Both the position numbers and the translations under genes were made by a program. DNA of 64,000 bases. Origin: a virus. The DNA lies in the IMG/VR virus record IMGVR_UViG_3300003873_000003, positions 1 through 64,000 of that record; one strand, given 5' to 3'. Under the pieces are notes generated by a model. It did not search any database. It worked only from the letters and a program-made list of their open reading frames with translations, and had not been told where the DNA came from. Position 1 is the stretch's first letter, and every line of letters starts with the position of its first letter. Below are positions 1 to 9,631 of the stretch, piece by piece.

Positions 1-668
1 ATATGAAGAAGCTCGAAGACTGTGGGCAGTCTCCAGCCAAACTCAGAGTTCTGTTTGGCTACCGTTTGAGGGTTTGCTACTGTACTTCGCCACTGTAGCT
101 CAAGTATATTGGTGTTACCGACCCCACCTTCGGTATCGTTCACATGGTCTTTACCGCTTGGATGCTCAAAGGAAGATGGTCGTTTGACATCAGCGAACTT
201 TATAGGGGCGTGCCATGCAGGTAAATTCTCCGCACTAAGGTAGGTACGCAGTTCCTTGTAAGACACACCACGCTTATTAGGGGTGGCGTGAGTTCCCCCA
301 CTTACGCTGTTAAGCGTGGATACCAAAACTACCCTGTTACCTTCAAAGTCAGCTCGCTTGGTATCTGTTAGCCACTTACTGCTATTTACTGTAACTCCCC
401 AGAATAGCAGACTGCCGTAGCCGTTCGTCCCTCTAACAAGCGCACCTCTTCCGTTGTAATCCGAGTCGCCGCTTGAGGATATATAAAACTCACCCTTGCG
501 CTTTAGCAACCGACCTTTCGCAAGTTTCATAAGCTCAAAGATTGTAGGCAGTCTCCAACCGCTAGATTCCTTATTAAGGGCTTCTTGGTATGAGTAGTAA
601 GACGGCAGCTCTTTTGTTCTCAACGTGTGCTGATTCTCATACTCATATTGTTCTTCACTGTTGTTCAT
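1..668 (-). CDS. DUF1566/Lcl-like (C-type-lectin-fold) tandem-domain protein, partial (runs off window start)
   Basis: Not in the ORF track; translated by hand. AGGAG RBS, ATG at 668: MNNSEEQYEYENQHTLRTKELPSYYSYQEALNKESSGWRLPTIFELMKL...LRTYLSAENLPAWHAP...FEHPSGKDHVN...GWRLPTVFELLH. Same motifs as neighbouring paralogs. Confidence 0.75.
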   Translation of the reverse strand, partial: MNNSEEQYEYENQHTLRTKELPSYYSYQEALNKESSGWRLPTIFELMKLAKGRLLKRKGEFYISSSGDSDYNGRGALVRGTNGYGSLLFWGVTVNSSKWLTDTKRADFEGNRVVLVSTLNSVSGGTHATPNKRGVSYKELRTYLSAENLPAWHAPIKFADVKRPSSFEHPSGKDHVNDTEGGVGNTNILELQWRSTVANPQTVAKQNSEFGWRLPTVFELLH

Positions 669-699
669 ATAGACACTCCTGTTCTCCTGCTACGCATAA

Positions 700-1668
700 T
701 CAGCGTCTCTTTTTAACTCTCTTTACATTTCGTGCAGGTGAATCACCACTCTCCGCAACATCGAAGGGAGGGTGCCACTTCGGCAACACGCCTAAATTCA
801 TGAATAGGCGAACTTCGGCATTGTGTACGTCCTGCACATGCTTGAACTTGCCACCCTTAACATAGAGGACATCCATAGGGATAATGGGGTCTCGTTTGAT
901 AGGCTTCAACTTATCCGCTTCAACGCACCAACCGAGTACACCGAGTACAGAAGAACTCCAGTATTTGCCATGCTTAGGTGATGCTCTCAAGATACTGATA
1001 AGCTCAAACACGGTAGGAAGCCGCCATCCGTGCGGGGCTTCTTTAAGGGCATCCTCCTGTTCTAAACCGCCTGTGTGGTGCTTAACAACAAGCACATGAG
1101 CATGTTTCGAGTTTGGCGTGTTTATGTGGTCTTGCTTGCTTGGGTGTTCAAACTCGTCAACAGGCTCCACATCCTCTATGACGATAGGGGGGGTAAACGG
1201 AGGTAATTGACCTGAATGCAAGAACGATGCAATAGCGCCCTCATCAAGAATATCATTTCCATCTGTACCGCTGGGATACCCCGATTCCCTGCTTGATTTT
1301 GTGGAAACCAGTGCCACGTGGTAACCCTTAAATTCGGTTCTGCAAGGTACAATCAAAGGCTTCCCATCCTCGATTATAACACCCCAGTTGGCGTACTTAT
1401 CGTGGGATAGTAGGGGTCTGAACTTAGTGTTCATTGATACGTAGGCTTCATCTTGATGTTGCAATAAACCCTTCTTAGCGAGCGTGTACAACTCAAACAC
1501 ATTCGCCAAACGCCACCCACCTCCCCCGAATGCTTTAGCCTCATAGGGGCTATAAAGACCTGTAACCTCTTTGAAAGATAGAGCTACGTCATCACCTTCG
1601 TGGTAAGAACTAGGCGGTATGTTGTTCTGTGGGGGAAAGTACCCATGTCTAGCTGTGTGTCTCCTCAT
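700..1668 (-). CDS. DUF1566/Lcl-like tandem two-domain protein
   Basis: Two copies of GWRL(A/P)xVFEL; YWSSS; C-terminal VRLFMNLGVLPKWHPPF; basic tail. Confidence 0.7.
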   Translation of the reverse strand: MRRHTARHGYFPPQNNIPPSSYHEGDDVALSFKEVTGLYSPYEAKAFGGGGWRLANVFELYTLAKKGLLQHQDEAYVSMNTKFRPLLSHDKYANWGVIIEDGKPLIVPCRTEFKGYHVALVSTKSSRESGYPSGTDGNDILDEGAIASFLHSGQLPPFTPPIVIEDVEPVDEFEHPSKQDHINTPNSKHAHVLVVKHHTGGLEQEDALKEAPHGWRLPTVFELISILRASPKHGKYWSSSVLGVLGWCVEADKLKPIKRDPIIPMDVLYVKGGKFKHVQDVHNAEVRLFMNLGVLPKWHPPFDVAESGDSPARNVKRVKKRR

Positions 1669-1669
1669 A

Positions 1670-2245
1670 TCAACGTCTCCGTTTCACATGTTTCTTCTTC
1701 ACTGACTTAACGGAGTTACGTGGTCGTTCTTCGGGTGCAGTCTCTTCGGGCTCTACATTGCGGTTACGGCGCAAAGAGCGTGTGTTGGGTGTTGGCTTGT
1801 GTACTTCTACCTTGCGTTTCCCTGACGTACGGCGGCTATTGCTCAATGGGATAGAGGGAGTCCGTGTGCTACGGGTTGCACCAAAGCTCGGATGCCAGTC
1901 AGGTAATGTTTTGTGTAGCATGTAGTCCCGTACATCAATAGCTTCCACTTCTGTCTTAGAGTCAAAGTCTGTGTCGTAAAAACCACGATTAACAAGAACC
2001 ACAGCACCTGTTCTCAACTTAGACTGGATACGGGCTTTGCCCATCATGCCAACAACAAGAGCATTGTCATTGTCGTAAGGTGAACCTGACCATATATCAT
2101 AGTCCCCGCCTAGGGCGTTCCTTTTGTATAAGAAAAGAAGCTCGAACACAGTTGGCAACCGCCATTCAGATGTCTCTTTTTTAAGGGCTGCCTTATAGCT
2201 ATAAGACCCCTGTAACTCTTTTGTTGATAAACTCTGCCTTTGCAT
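1670..2245 (-). CDS. DUF1566/Lcl-like protein
   Basis: WRLPTVFEL, IWSGS, VRDYMLHKTLPDWHPSF; Arg/Lys-rich tail; GGAG RBS. Confidence 0.7.
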   Translation of the reverse strand: MQRQSLSTKELQGSYSYKAALKKETSEWRLPTVFELLFLYKRNALGGDYDIWSGSPYDNDNALVVGMMGKARIQSKLRTGAVVLVNRGFYDTDFDSKTEVEAIDVRDYMLHKTLPDWHPSFGATRSTRTPSIPLSNSRRTSGKRKVEVHKPTPNTRSLRRNRNVEPEETAPEERPRNSVKSVKKKHVKRRR

Positions 2246-2299
2246 AGTATGTCTCCTAGATTCGGTTATTGCGTAGTTGTACGCTAAGAATTAACCGAA

Positions 2300-2668
2300 T
2301 CAGCTAACCAAAGTAAACTTTGGATGCCAATCAGGTAGTGTTCCATGCAACTGGAAGTCCCGCACTTCACCGTAAGTTACAGGTGTATCGTGTGGGAAGT
2401 CAGGCTCACCCTTGATGGCAATAGCACATAGCCACATCTCTGCACCCCCACTTCGCACACGGTCTTGCGCAGCGTCAAAAGCGAGTACATTGTTTCGGAA
2501 CAAGTCGTCCACGGAAGCAGACCAAAAAATGCGTCCTCCGTGGTCTATGGAGCCGCAGTTGATGATGTGACGTAACTCGAAGATTGTGGGCAGCCGCCAA
2601 CCTTCTAACCTGCTCGCTTCTGCTAGAGTCAGAGTCCCTGATAAGGGCTTTGCTTTTATAGTATTCAT
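2300..2668 (-). CDS. DUF1566/Lcl-like protein
   Basis: GWRLPTIFEL, FWSAS, VRDFQLHGTLPDWHPKF; start moved to MNTIK (AAGGAG RBS). Confidence 0.7.
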   Translation of the reverse strand: MNTIKAKPLSGTLTLAEASRLEGWRLPTIFELRHIINCGSIDHGGRIFWSASVDDLFRNNVLAFDAAQDRVRSGGAEMWLCAIAIKGEPDFPHDTPVTYGEVRDFQLHGTLPDWHPKFTLVS

Positions 2669-2679
2669 TCTATTCTCCT

Positions 2680-3048
2680 TTACTGCGTCCCATGATGCCA
2701 CTTAGGTAGCTTTCTGCGTAACTGATAGTCTCTGATGTTGGTGTGGCTCACAGCTCTAGGCTCACAGTCACCATCACCCTCAACGAGAACAAGCCACGCA
2801 TCCTCATCCTTTCGGGCTGCGTATGCGTGGTTATCACTAAAGGAAAGCATCCATGCGTGGCTGCACTTGAAGTCTGCAACGGAAGATGACCAGTACCACC
2901 CCACGTCACATAGTAGGCTAGATATAGAGCCTGATGCTCGCAACGCTGCAAGCTCGAAGATGGTGGGGACTCTCCAACCGCTATTGTCGTTGCTTCGTTC
3001 CATAGCGTCAAACCATGATACCTTATCCCTTGTTTCCAAAACGTTCAA
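2680..3048 (-). CDS. DUF1566/Lcl-like protein
   Basis: VSWFDAM, GWRVPTIFEL, WYWSSS, AWMLSF, LPKWH; the closest copy to the DUF1566 pattern. Confidence 0.75.
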   Translation of the reverse strand: MNVLETRDKVSWFDAMERSNDNSGWRVPTIFELAALRASGSISSLLCDVGWYWSSSVADFKCSHAWMLSFSDNHAYAARKDEDAWLVLVEGDGDCEPRAVSHTNIRDYQLRRKLPKWHHGTQ

Positions 3049-3074
3049 TGTAACCCCTCCAACCTAAATATCGT

Positions 3075-3111
3075 AGGTAAAGAAGCACAGGTAAGCTATG
3101 CTTCTTTACCT
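3075..3111. other. Intergenic 13-bp inverted repeat (hairpin)
   Basis: aggtaaagaagca ... tgcttctttacct. Confidence 0.6.
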
Positions 3112-3200
3112 CTATAGATATTAACTTCTAACTCACTTTTATGTTGTTTCAGGAAGAGGGGTCAAACTGGCTAGAGAGAAACTCCGTTGCAAAATTCCTA

Positions 3201-3548
3201 TTACTCATCTTCATCTCGGTATGCGTCAAGTAAATCTTGTCTGCATGGGTAACCCCCACTAACGAGCCGTCCTTGTGAATCCACCTTAGAGAATACATTA
3301 AGCAGGGACTGTCTGTAGCTGAACAAAGCATTTGTGACTTGAAACAATACCAAACGTGCTTCCTTATACCAGTCTTCATCTCGGCAGTCGCTGTACTTCG
3401 TCAAACGTGCTTCCTCTGCCTTCAATAAATCATCAATGTGTGGCTCACCGCCTTCTCGGGACTCAACAGGGCTTGTGTTCAACTGCGACCAACGAACCTC
3501 TTGGATGAATTGGTTGCTTTCTTTTAGTCTTTCTTTCGTATCAGTCAC
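3201..3548 (-). CDS. Hypothetical protein (paralog family with 3710-4302 and 4442-4774)
   Basis: GTG start after AGGAGG; shares W[YH]xxA...AxxxYxxxLxxIF pattern (EDWYKEARLVLFQVTNALFSYRQSLLNVF). Confidence 0.65.
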   Translation of the reverse strand: MTDTKERLKESNQFIQEVRWSQLNTSPVESREGGEPHIDDLLKAEEARLTKYSDCRDEDWYKEARLVLFQVTNALFSYRQSLLNVFSKVDSQGRLVSGGYPCRQDLLDAYRDEDE

Positions 3549-3654
3549 TAGGGACCTCCTTCGTATCGTACTATAATGCTTCATATTTACAGTTCTTAGT
3601 TGCGTTACTGCCTAGCTATATATGAACCCCTAGGGGATGTATATAGTGCAGACC

Positions 3655-3689
3655 AAAAAAAAAAGCCACCGCTTTTACACGGTGGCTTT
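3655..3689 (-). terminator. Rho-independent terminator
   Basis: Stem aaagccaccg/cggtggcttt with A10 run (U-tract on the minus strand) after the gene ending at 3710. Confidence 0.8.
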
Positions 3690-3709
3690 CATTGTATTAC
3701 AGGGTGTGC

Positions 3710-4302
3710 TTAGGCGTAAGCGTAAGGGTATGCACCGAAACGATTGAGGTTAAACACAGGGTAGCTCGGAAACAGGCTTTTATCCTCACCATCACTACTA
3801 GACGGAAAGATTGATTTTAATGCAGTACAGAATGTATCATACGCCAAACCAACACGCTTTAATCGGTCTAGGCTCGTATCAAACTCGGTGCAATCCTCAA
3901 ACTCCAATTCAAAGAACACATCGAAACCCCCATCCACCATATCAATCAGAAACGGATTTTCTCCACTGCATTGTTTGAAAACTAAGTTTTCATAGAAGTC
4001 GTAGGCTTGCAGCTCGACATCATACAAAGGCTTGCGAGCCACAGCATCCTCGGAAACTTCCAGCCAGTCTATTTTGTCGCCAGTACCTACAAGGTTACCG
4101 TTTGCATCACGTTCAGGGAATATGTTTTTCAGGTCACGAACGTAGGCTTCATAAGCAGGGCAAATAAGGCGCATTCGGGCGACTGCATCACGATGCCACT
4201 CCTCGCCAGCTCGGTCATACGGTTCAGCTCTTTGCTGATAGTCTCACGCAGAAAGCTGTCAAGGTTAGCAGCCTCAATTTTTCCATCGGTGTCTTTTGTC
4301 AT
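3710..4302 (-). pseudogene. Frameshifted hypothetical protein (paralog of 3201-3548 and 4442-4774)
   Basis: AAAGGATG RBS and ATG at 4302 give MTKDTDGK...KELNR; the -1 frame continues YDRAGEEWHRDAVARMRLICPAYEAYVRDLKNIF, which aligns with the paralogs. Break near 4220. Confidence 0.6.
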
Positions 4303-4441
4303 GGTATTACATCCTTTTTTCTAGATTTGAAACTTAGCACAAGATACTACACCCCTGGGGGTATTGTTACCTTGTGATAAATAATAATCAAGGTTAGGAA
4401 GTGCCGCAGTACGCCATACCTGTACTGCGGCAACCATGTTT

Positions 4442-4774
4442 TTACAGTGCTTTATACTCTCGGATGGTTTCACCTAGCTGCGAAAACTCGGTATAACCTT
4501 TCGGCTCGACAATTTTTTCCACTGCCAATGAATAAGCATTGAACGCTTGCGCAAGGTGGAAGAGTTGTAGCTCGGCTCGGATATACCATGCTTCGCTTCC
4601 AAATTGTTCTCTCCCTTGCTCAAGCTCTTCCCTTGCTTCTCGGATTATTTCGGCTTGGTCGTTTGTTTGGCTATGCTGCAAAATGAAAATACAGCTTGCA
4701 GTTTCTTGAACCGATTTTTTATAAACCTCACGCACATCATTCTCTTTGGCGGTCAACTCTTTTGTAGTAGCCAT
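4442..4774 (-). CDS. Hypothetical early protein
   Basis: First gene after the promoter at ~4830; AAAGGATG RBS; EAWYIRAELQLFHLAQAFNAY motif. Confidence 0.7.
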   Translation of the reverse strand: MATTKELTAKENDVREVYKKSVQETASCIFILQHSQTNDQAEIIREAREELEQGREQFGSEAWYIRAELQLFHLAQAFNAYSLAVEKIVEPKGYTEFSQLGETIREYKAL

Positions 4775-4796
4775 GTGGTACATCCTTTTGTATCTC

Positions 4797-4872
4797 TGAT
4801 TTCGCTTGCGTCATTCACTTGCGATGGATGAAGTCTAACGTACCACGCCTAAACTGTAAAGGCTCCAAATTC
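4797..4872 (-). promoter_or_regulatory. Sigma70-type promoter with conserved leader, copy 1
   Basis: Minus strand TTTACA(4860-4855)-17 bp-TAGACT(4837-4832), followed by TCATCCATCGCAAGTGAATGACGCAAGCGAAATC. Confidence 0.8.
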
Positions 4873-4996
4873 TCATCAATGTTTTCTTGCTCTCTGAATA
4901 AACACGCACATGCGTGTGTGCGTGCGTATATACATGGACAATCTCTAACTGTAAAGTCCCCTAAAGAGTATATATTTACTGCAAGGTAAGGGGCAG

Positions 4997-5022
4997 AAAA
5001 GCCCACCCAAAGGGCGAGCTTT
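4997..5022 (-). terminator. Probable terminator after the topoisomerase genes
   Basis: aaaagcccacccaaagggcgagcttt: imperfect hairpin with U-tract on the minus strand, 10 nt after the stop. Confidence 0.5.
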
Positions 5023-5031
5023 CCATAGTCA

Positions 5032-6471
5032 CTACTCGATGATGCGTTTCCACTTTAGTTTGGAATCAGGCACTTTACTACCGTACGCATCTAGGTCGGA
5101 AGATAATGCAGCAGCGGTTAAGCGTCCCCTCTTAGCGAGTACAGCTCGTGCAGCCTTTGCAGCTTTCTTATCCGAAGTCACTTTGGCTTTATCCAAGCCT
5201 GCCAGTCTACGTATTTGCAAGTCCAGCACTGTGTTGGCATCTTCCTTAGAGCAAGAAAGAATCTTCATCACCTTGCGAACCACAATGTCCATAGTCTTGC
5301 TGTTGAGTGCCACCATGATTTCTTCACGGTGTTGTATCGCAGCCAGCAACAAGTCGAACCGATGAATCTGTGCGTCTAGCTTGGCTATCTCCGCTCGGCA
5401 CATCTTCTTCTCAATAGAGACACGCCACTTCGCCCAATCCATGATTATCTGGGGTATGGTGGTGTGACGGAACGTGACAGAATCTTTGTTGCGTTCTGTG
5501 ACTTGTGTGCATAGTGTACGGGTAATGCCCGACATAGACAAACAGCTCTTTGCAATGTCCTCTGCATAGGCATCCACTTCTTTCTTGGTCTTCTTCAAAA
5601 GCTGAATCACAAGCCGTACTTCACACACCCCTCTAGGGGACTCGTCATAGACGTAGCGAACAAAGGATTTCTCAACTGCACGCTCTTTAATCTTCTCAAT
5701 GGTTAAGTAGGGAACCAACCCTGTGATAATCATTTGGCTTTCTTTGTAGTCAATATGATAATCACAGGTGAAGCTAAGAGTACCGTTCCCCGTCTTGAAG
5801 TATTGTAGCTTCTCGGTATCACCTGACGTGCATACACCACCGTAAGGCATGTTAAACTTTAGATACTTCAAACAAAGGGCTGGGGTGATGTTACGCTTCT
5901 TATAAGCCATCTTCAATAGAGTCACAACACCACCACGCTCGAACGTAGGGATGTTGGTAGGGCTGATACCCGAACACACGCCAAACGTGCCGTTCAACAA
6001 GAGGTTGGGTAGCTTGAAGGGCAAGATAACAGGCTCAACATCCTTGTCATCGTAGTTTGGCACATAGTCCACAACATCCATGAGGGGCTTATCTAACATC
6101 GCCTTGCCATAGTTGGATAGGCAACATTCCGTGTACCTCATGCCAGCAGGGTTATCACTACCATCAATAGAACCCCAGTTACCACTACCGTGCATAGCAG
6201 GCAACGCACCGTGAACCAATGTTTTAATGGCTTCGACCACAGATGCGTCACCGTGGGGGTGCCATTTACCTAAAACATTACCCACAAGCCTAGCTGTCTT
6301 TACAACAGTGAAGACCTTGCCTCGGTAAGCTTCATAGATGATACGCCGTTGCACAGGTTTCAACCCATCTCGGAAGTCGGGCAATGCTCGCTCCTCAATA
6401 GTAAGTTCACCATACCGCTTGGTGCTTTCTTCAACCGTTTTTTCTAGTGTGATTGTCTCTTGCTTGCTCAT
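5032..6471 (-). CDS. gyrA: Type II DNA topoisomerase subunit A (GyrA/ParC-like)
   Basis: RALPDFRDGLKPVQRR, KWHPHGDAS, GSGNWGS, catalytic MRYTE, LPNLLLNG; lacks the C-terminal pinwheel. Confidence 0.95.
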   Translation of the reverse strand: MSKQETITLEKTVEESTKRYGELTIEERALPDFRDGLKPVQRRIIYEAYRGKVFTVVKTARLVGNVLGKWHPHGDASVVEAIKTLVHGALPAMHGSGNWGSIDGSDNPAGMRYTECCLSNYGKAMLDKPLMDVVDYVPNYDDKDVEPVILPFKLPNLLLNGTFGVCSGISPTNIPTFERGGVVTLLKMAYKKRNITPALCLKYLKFNMPYGGVCTSGDTEKLQYFKTGNGTLSFTCDYHIDYKESQMIITGLVPYLTIEKIKERAVEKSFVRYVYDESPRGVCEVRLVIQLLKKTKKEVDAYAEDIAKSCLSMSGITRTLCTQVTERNKDSVTFRHTTIPQIIMDWAKWRVSIEKKMCRAEIAKLDAQIHRFDLLLAAIQHREEIMVALNSKTMDIVVRKVMKILSCSKEDANTVLDLQIRRLAGLDKAKVTSDKKAAKAARAVLAKRGRLTAAALSSDLDAYGSKVPDSKLKWKRIIE

Positions 6472-8369
6472 AAGTTCAATAGTCTCCTGCGTACCGCTGC
6501 ATCCTTTCCAACTAGGTCAAGGAAGTAAGTTTCATCTTTCTTGGTCTTCGGGGGTAGTACCTTAATCCAGTGTCGTGTATCTTCATCGAACGCAAACGCA
6601 TTCAATGCGGAAGGGTTAACTTCACCCCACCCTTTGATTCGAGTGATGGCTACATTCGACCGTGATTTACACTTTCTTTGAACTTCCTCAATCGTATCAC
6701 CCCAAACCAACGGTTTAGATGTTGTACAGAACAAGGGACCTTTAATGAGGTACACATGACCATTTCGGATAAGGTCAGGGCAGAGCCGCCAAATAGCCGA
6801 CAACACAAGCAACTCGATATGGCAGCCATCCACATCCGCATCCATTAGGAGACCTAACTTACCGATACGCATTTTCTCTAGTGGGTGTTCAGCCTTGCCA
6901 TCAAACCCGATAGACTGGAAGATGTTTTTGACTTCCTCGGACTCCATCAACTTAGCCATTGTGTTCTTGTAAGCTGCTACAATCTTACCCTTCAATGGGA
7001 GTACCTCTTGGTAACGCTTGTCCACTGCGTTCTTCGCTGTACCACCAGCCGAGTCACCTTCCACCAAAATAAGCTCAACTTCGTTCGCAGGTGTCTTGGG
7101 GTTACTTTGATTAAGCTTCGCAGGCAGCTTGCCTTTGCGATTGTTGGTAAGACCTGCCAATGCTTTGCGGTTCGCATTGAAGCTGTCCCTGTTCTTCTTC
7201 AACGCTGATGCCTTATCTAGCATCCGTTTAGCCAGTGCCTTATTCTTCTTGAAATGTGCTATCAGTGCAGCTTGTATGTCATCACAAACGAGCTTACCCT
7301 CTGTGGAGGTAAGACGCTCTTTCGTCTGTGAGGAGAACTGGGGTTGTACCATATTGAAGTTTACGATACCCACCAACCCGAACAAAAGGTCGTCCGCTGT
7401 ATAGGCGTGCTTCTTCAATTTGAATGGGGCTAACGCCGTTGTTAAAGCTTTCTTGAAAGCGGTTAGGTGCGTACCACCTTCCAATGTCACCGAGGCGCAC
7501 ACATAAGTATCAAGCAGTACAGAAGCCCCGTTAGTCACAGCAAAGCTGACATCTGTTCTGCCTGTATTGATGTGAAAGACGCTCCCATCCATCGTAAGCT
7601 CTTCTTCTTCGATGATGTGCTTCACATAGTCCACCGTTCCATTCTTGTGTAGCATGGTCTCGGAGATACCTGTGTTAGTTGTTAGTTTGATTTCCATGCC
7701 TCCGTGTAGGTAGGCTAGAGTATCGAGGTAGGTCATCAAGTGAGATATGTTCAGTTTGCTTCCTTTTTGGAATAAGCTCGCATCACGTACAAACTTAACC
7801 ACCGTACCCCTACGGCTCTTCATCTGCTTGGGTAGCTTAGGTGCTGCGCATTTACGAACACCAGACCCGATGCCTTTCTTGGATGAATATGAGTACCAAG
7901 CACCTTTACGGAAGGTGTAGGCTACAAGCCTATCACACATAGCGGATGTCACCGCAGCCCCTACACCGTTACAGCCTGCGCTCCCTTCGGCATAGGCTTT
8001 GCCACTGAACTTACCACCACTGTGTAGCTCATTGAAGGCAGCCTCTAGGGGAGACTTACCGTCTAGCTTGGCAGACTTCTCAACAGGGATGCCCCCACCA
8101 CCATCTTGAACAAAGTATGTAACACCTTCGATGTGAACATGGATAAACTTGTTCCGCCCCGCAAGAAACTCATCGCTACTATTGTCGATAGGTTCTTTCA
8201 GGATTTGGAATAAGCCATGTGCATCATTCTCACCGATATACATACCACTTCGCCTACGGACGTTATCGGGGTAGTGCAGGGTTTCCCAATCATCTGCTTT
8301 TTGCTCTTTAGGCTTTCGTGTTCGCCTTGTAGACCCACGAAGTGCCACGCTGTTTGTCTTGGTACTCAT
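6468..8369 (-). CDS. gyrB: Type II DNA topoisomerase subunit B (GyrB/ParE-like)
   Basis: VRRRSGMYIG, EPIDNSSDE, DGGGGIP, LHSGGKF, EGDSAGG, PLKGK, DADVDG, RIKGWGE; ATGA overlap with subunit A. Confidence 0.95.
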   Translation of the reverse strand: MSTKTNSVALRGSTRRTRKPKEQKADDWETLHYPDNVRRRSGMYIGENDAHGLFQILKEPIDNSSDEFLAGRNKFIHVHIEGVTYFVQDGGGGIPVEKSAKLDGKSPLEAAFNELHSGGKFSGKAYAEGSAGCNGVGAAVTSAMCDRLVAYTFRKGAWYSYSSKKGIGSGVRKCAAPKLPKQMKSRRGTVVKFVRDASLFQKGSKLNISHLMTYLDTLAYLHGGMEIKLTTNTGISETMLHKNGTVDYVKHIIEEEELTMDGSVFHINTGRTDVSFAVTNGASVLLDTYVCASVTLEGGTHLTAFKKALTTALAPFKLKKHAYTADDLLFGLVGIVNFNMVQPQFSSQTKERLTSTEGKLVCDDIQAALIAHFKKNKALAKRMLDKASALKKNRDSFNANRKALAGLTNNRKGKLPAKLNQSNPKTPANEVELILVEGDSAGGTAKNAVDKRYQEVLPLKGKIVAAYKNTMAKLMESEEVKNIFQSIGFDGKAEHPLEKMRIGKLGLLMDADVDGCHIELLVLSAIWRLCPDLIRNGHVYLIKGPLFCTTSKPLVWGDTIEEVQRKCKSRSNVAITRIKGWGEVNPSALNAFAFDEDTRHWIKVLPPKTKKDETYFLDLVGKDAAVRRRLLNL

Positions 8370-8413
8370 ATCTGTTTAACTCCTATTGTCATAAAGGCTG
8401 TATAAAGCTTTCT

Positions 8414-8797
8414 TTACACTTCTTCTGCTACTTCCTCTGGGACTTGCTCTTCACCCTCGTGTACGATTACGGCTTCCGAGTCATCGGATACAGGGAAAAT
8501 TTCAAGCCGCTTAAATACACATGTTGAGCGGTCATTGTGCTTAGAGCTGATTACATAAATCACATCACCAAAGCTAAACTCATGGTGAGCGAAGTTTGTG
8601 TGAACAACGGACTCTGCAATTTCTTTAGGGCAAAACTTCTCAAACAAGTCTCGTTTATTCTGCTGCCAAAGAACGGTCTCCTCATGCAACAAACAAGTCC
8701 GAAACTGCTTTAACGTAAGCTGCTCTACGTGCAAGAAATAAGCTGGGATTTCTTGGCTTATCATGTTTACACTGAAACAATCAATCGTGATACTCAT
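8414..8797 (-). CDS. Hypothetical protein
   Basis: ORF with AGGAG RBS. Confidence 0.6.
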   Translation of the reverse strand: MSITIDCFSVNMISQEIPAYFLHVEQLTLKQFRTCLLHEETVLWQQNKRDLFEKFCPKEIAESVVHTNFAHHEFSFGDVIYVISSKHNDRSTCVFKRLEIFPVSDDSEAVIVHEGEEQVPEEVAEEV

Positions 8798-8860
8798 GGT
8801 GTAACTCCTATTAGTTTATAGTTGGAACTTTCTCCAATGAAACCAATTAGGTAACCCAAA

Positions 8861-8898
8861 AGAAAAAGGCAACCTATATACGTATATAGGTTGCCTTT
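8861..8898 (-). terminator. Rho-independent terminator
   Basis: aaaggcaacctatatacgtatataggttgccttt near-perfect palindrome, A-run on the left. Confidence 0.75.
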
Positions 8899-8921
8899 AA
8901 GCGTACCGCAAACTGCTGAAT

Positions 8922-9506
8922 TTACTGCTCTACATTATTAGTCGCACTTGCTGCGACATCTTGCGCAACACGCCGCATGAATCCCGCACGGCTGATAGGG
9001 TGACTTTTATCTAGCTTGTTGTTCAAGCTTGTGCAAGTCTCTGTATCCCCTGAAAGCAATGCTTTCGTGTACATAGGAACAAGGCTGAAATCAACTCCCA
9101 ACCCTAGAGTCAACCCACGAGCGGCAGGGCAGGCTGGGTCGTCAATACATTTACCAGTACCGTTGGCAAGTGCGCCGACTAAGTGTGTACACTTCAAGCA
9201 TTCTTTGCGCAACAAAGGGATAAAGTTTGCTTCCGCTTCTTCTTGCGCTTTGGCTTCGGCGGCTTCCTGCTCTGCCTTCGCTTTCGCTGCTTCTCGTGCT
9301 TTCGCTTCTTCTTGCAGTGCGTGCGCTGCTTCCAATCCTGCGCTCAAAGGGTCAGCTTCGGTGGTTACGGTTTGCCCTGCGGCTTCCGCTTCTTCTTGCA
9401 ACATGGCATCATACAAGGCTTGGTCTTCTGGGCTCATAACCTCTTCGGTCTGTACTTCTTCGGCTTCATCGAAGCCCCAAGCATTGTTGTTTTGAGTGTT
9501 TGACAT
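8922..9506 (-). CDS. Hypothetical protein: acidic/Ala-rich coil plus Cys-containing C-domain
   Basis: GGAGG RBS; E/A/K-rich helix; CLKC...C...CP. Confidence 0.7.
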   Translation of the reverse strand: MSNTQNNNAWGFDEAEEVQTEEVMSPEDQALYDAMLQEEAEAAGQTVTTEADPLSAGLEAAHALQEEAKAREAAKAKAEQEAAEAKAQEEAEANFIPLLRKECLKCTHLVGALANGTGKCIDDPACPAARGLTLGLGVDFSLVPMYTKALLSGDTETCTSLNNKLDKSHPISRAGFMRRVAQDVAASATNNVEQ

Positions 9507-9631
9507 AGGTAGTGCCTCCTTCTTTCCGTCTTATGTTTTGTTTGTGGGTGGAAGTTGACACACCTCCACCCACTGTTTTCAAATATGAAGGGCTTTAACC
9601 TTCAACCTGCATCGAGCCGTGAAAGGTAGGC

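Noticed and set aside
1-3048. Diversity-generating retroelement acting on the DUF1566-like genes
   Set aside because: No reverse transcriptase and no near-identical template/variable repeat pair with adenine-specific differences is visible in this window.
4815-5006. 63-aa ORF between gyrA and the early gene
   Set aside because: Spans terminator and promoter repeats and has no RBS; probably non-coding.
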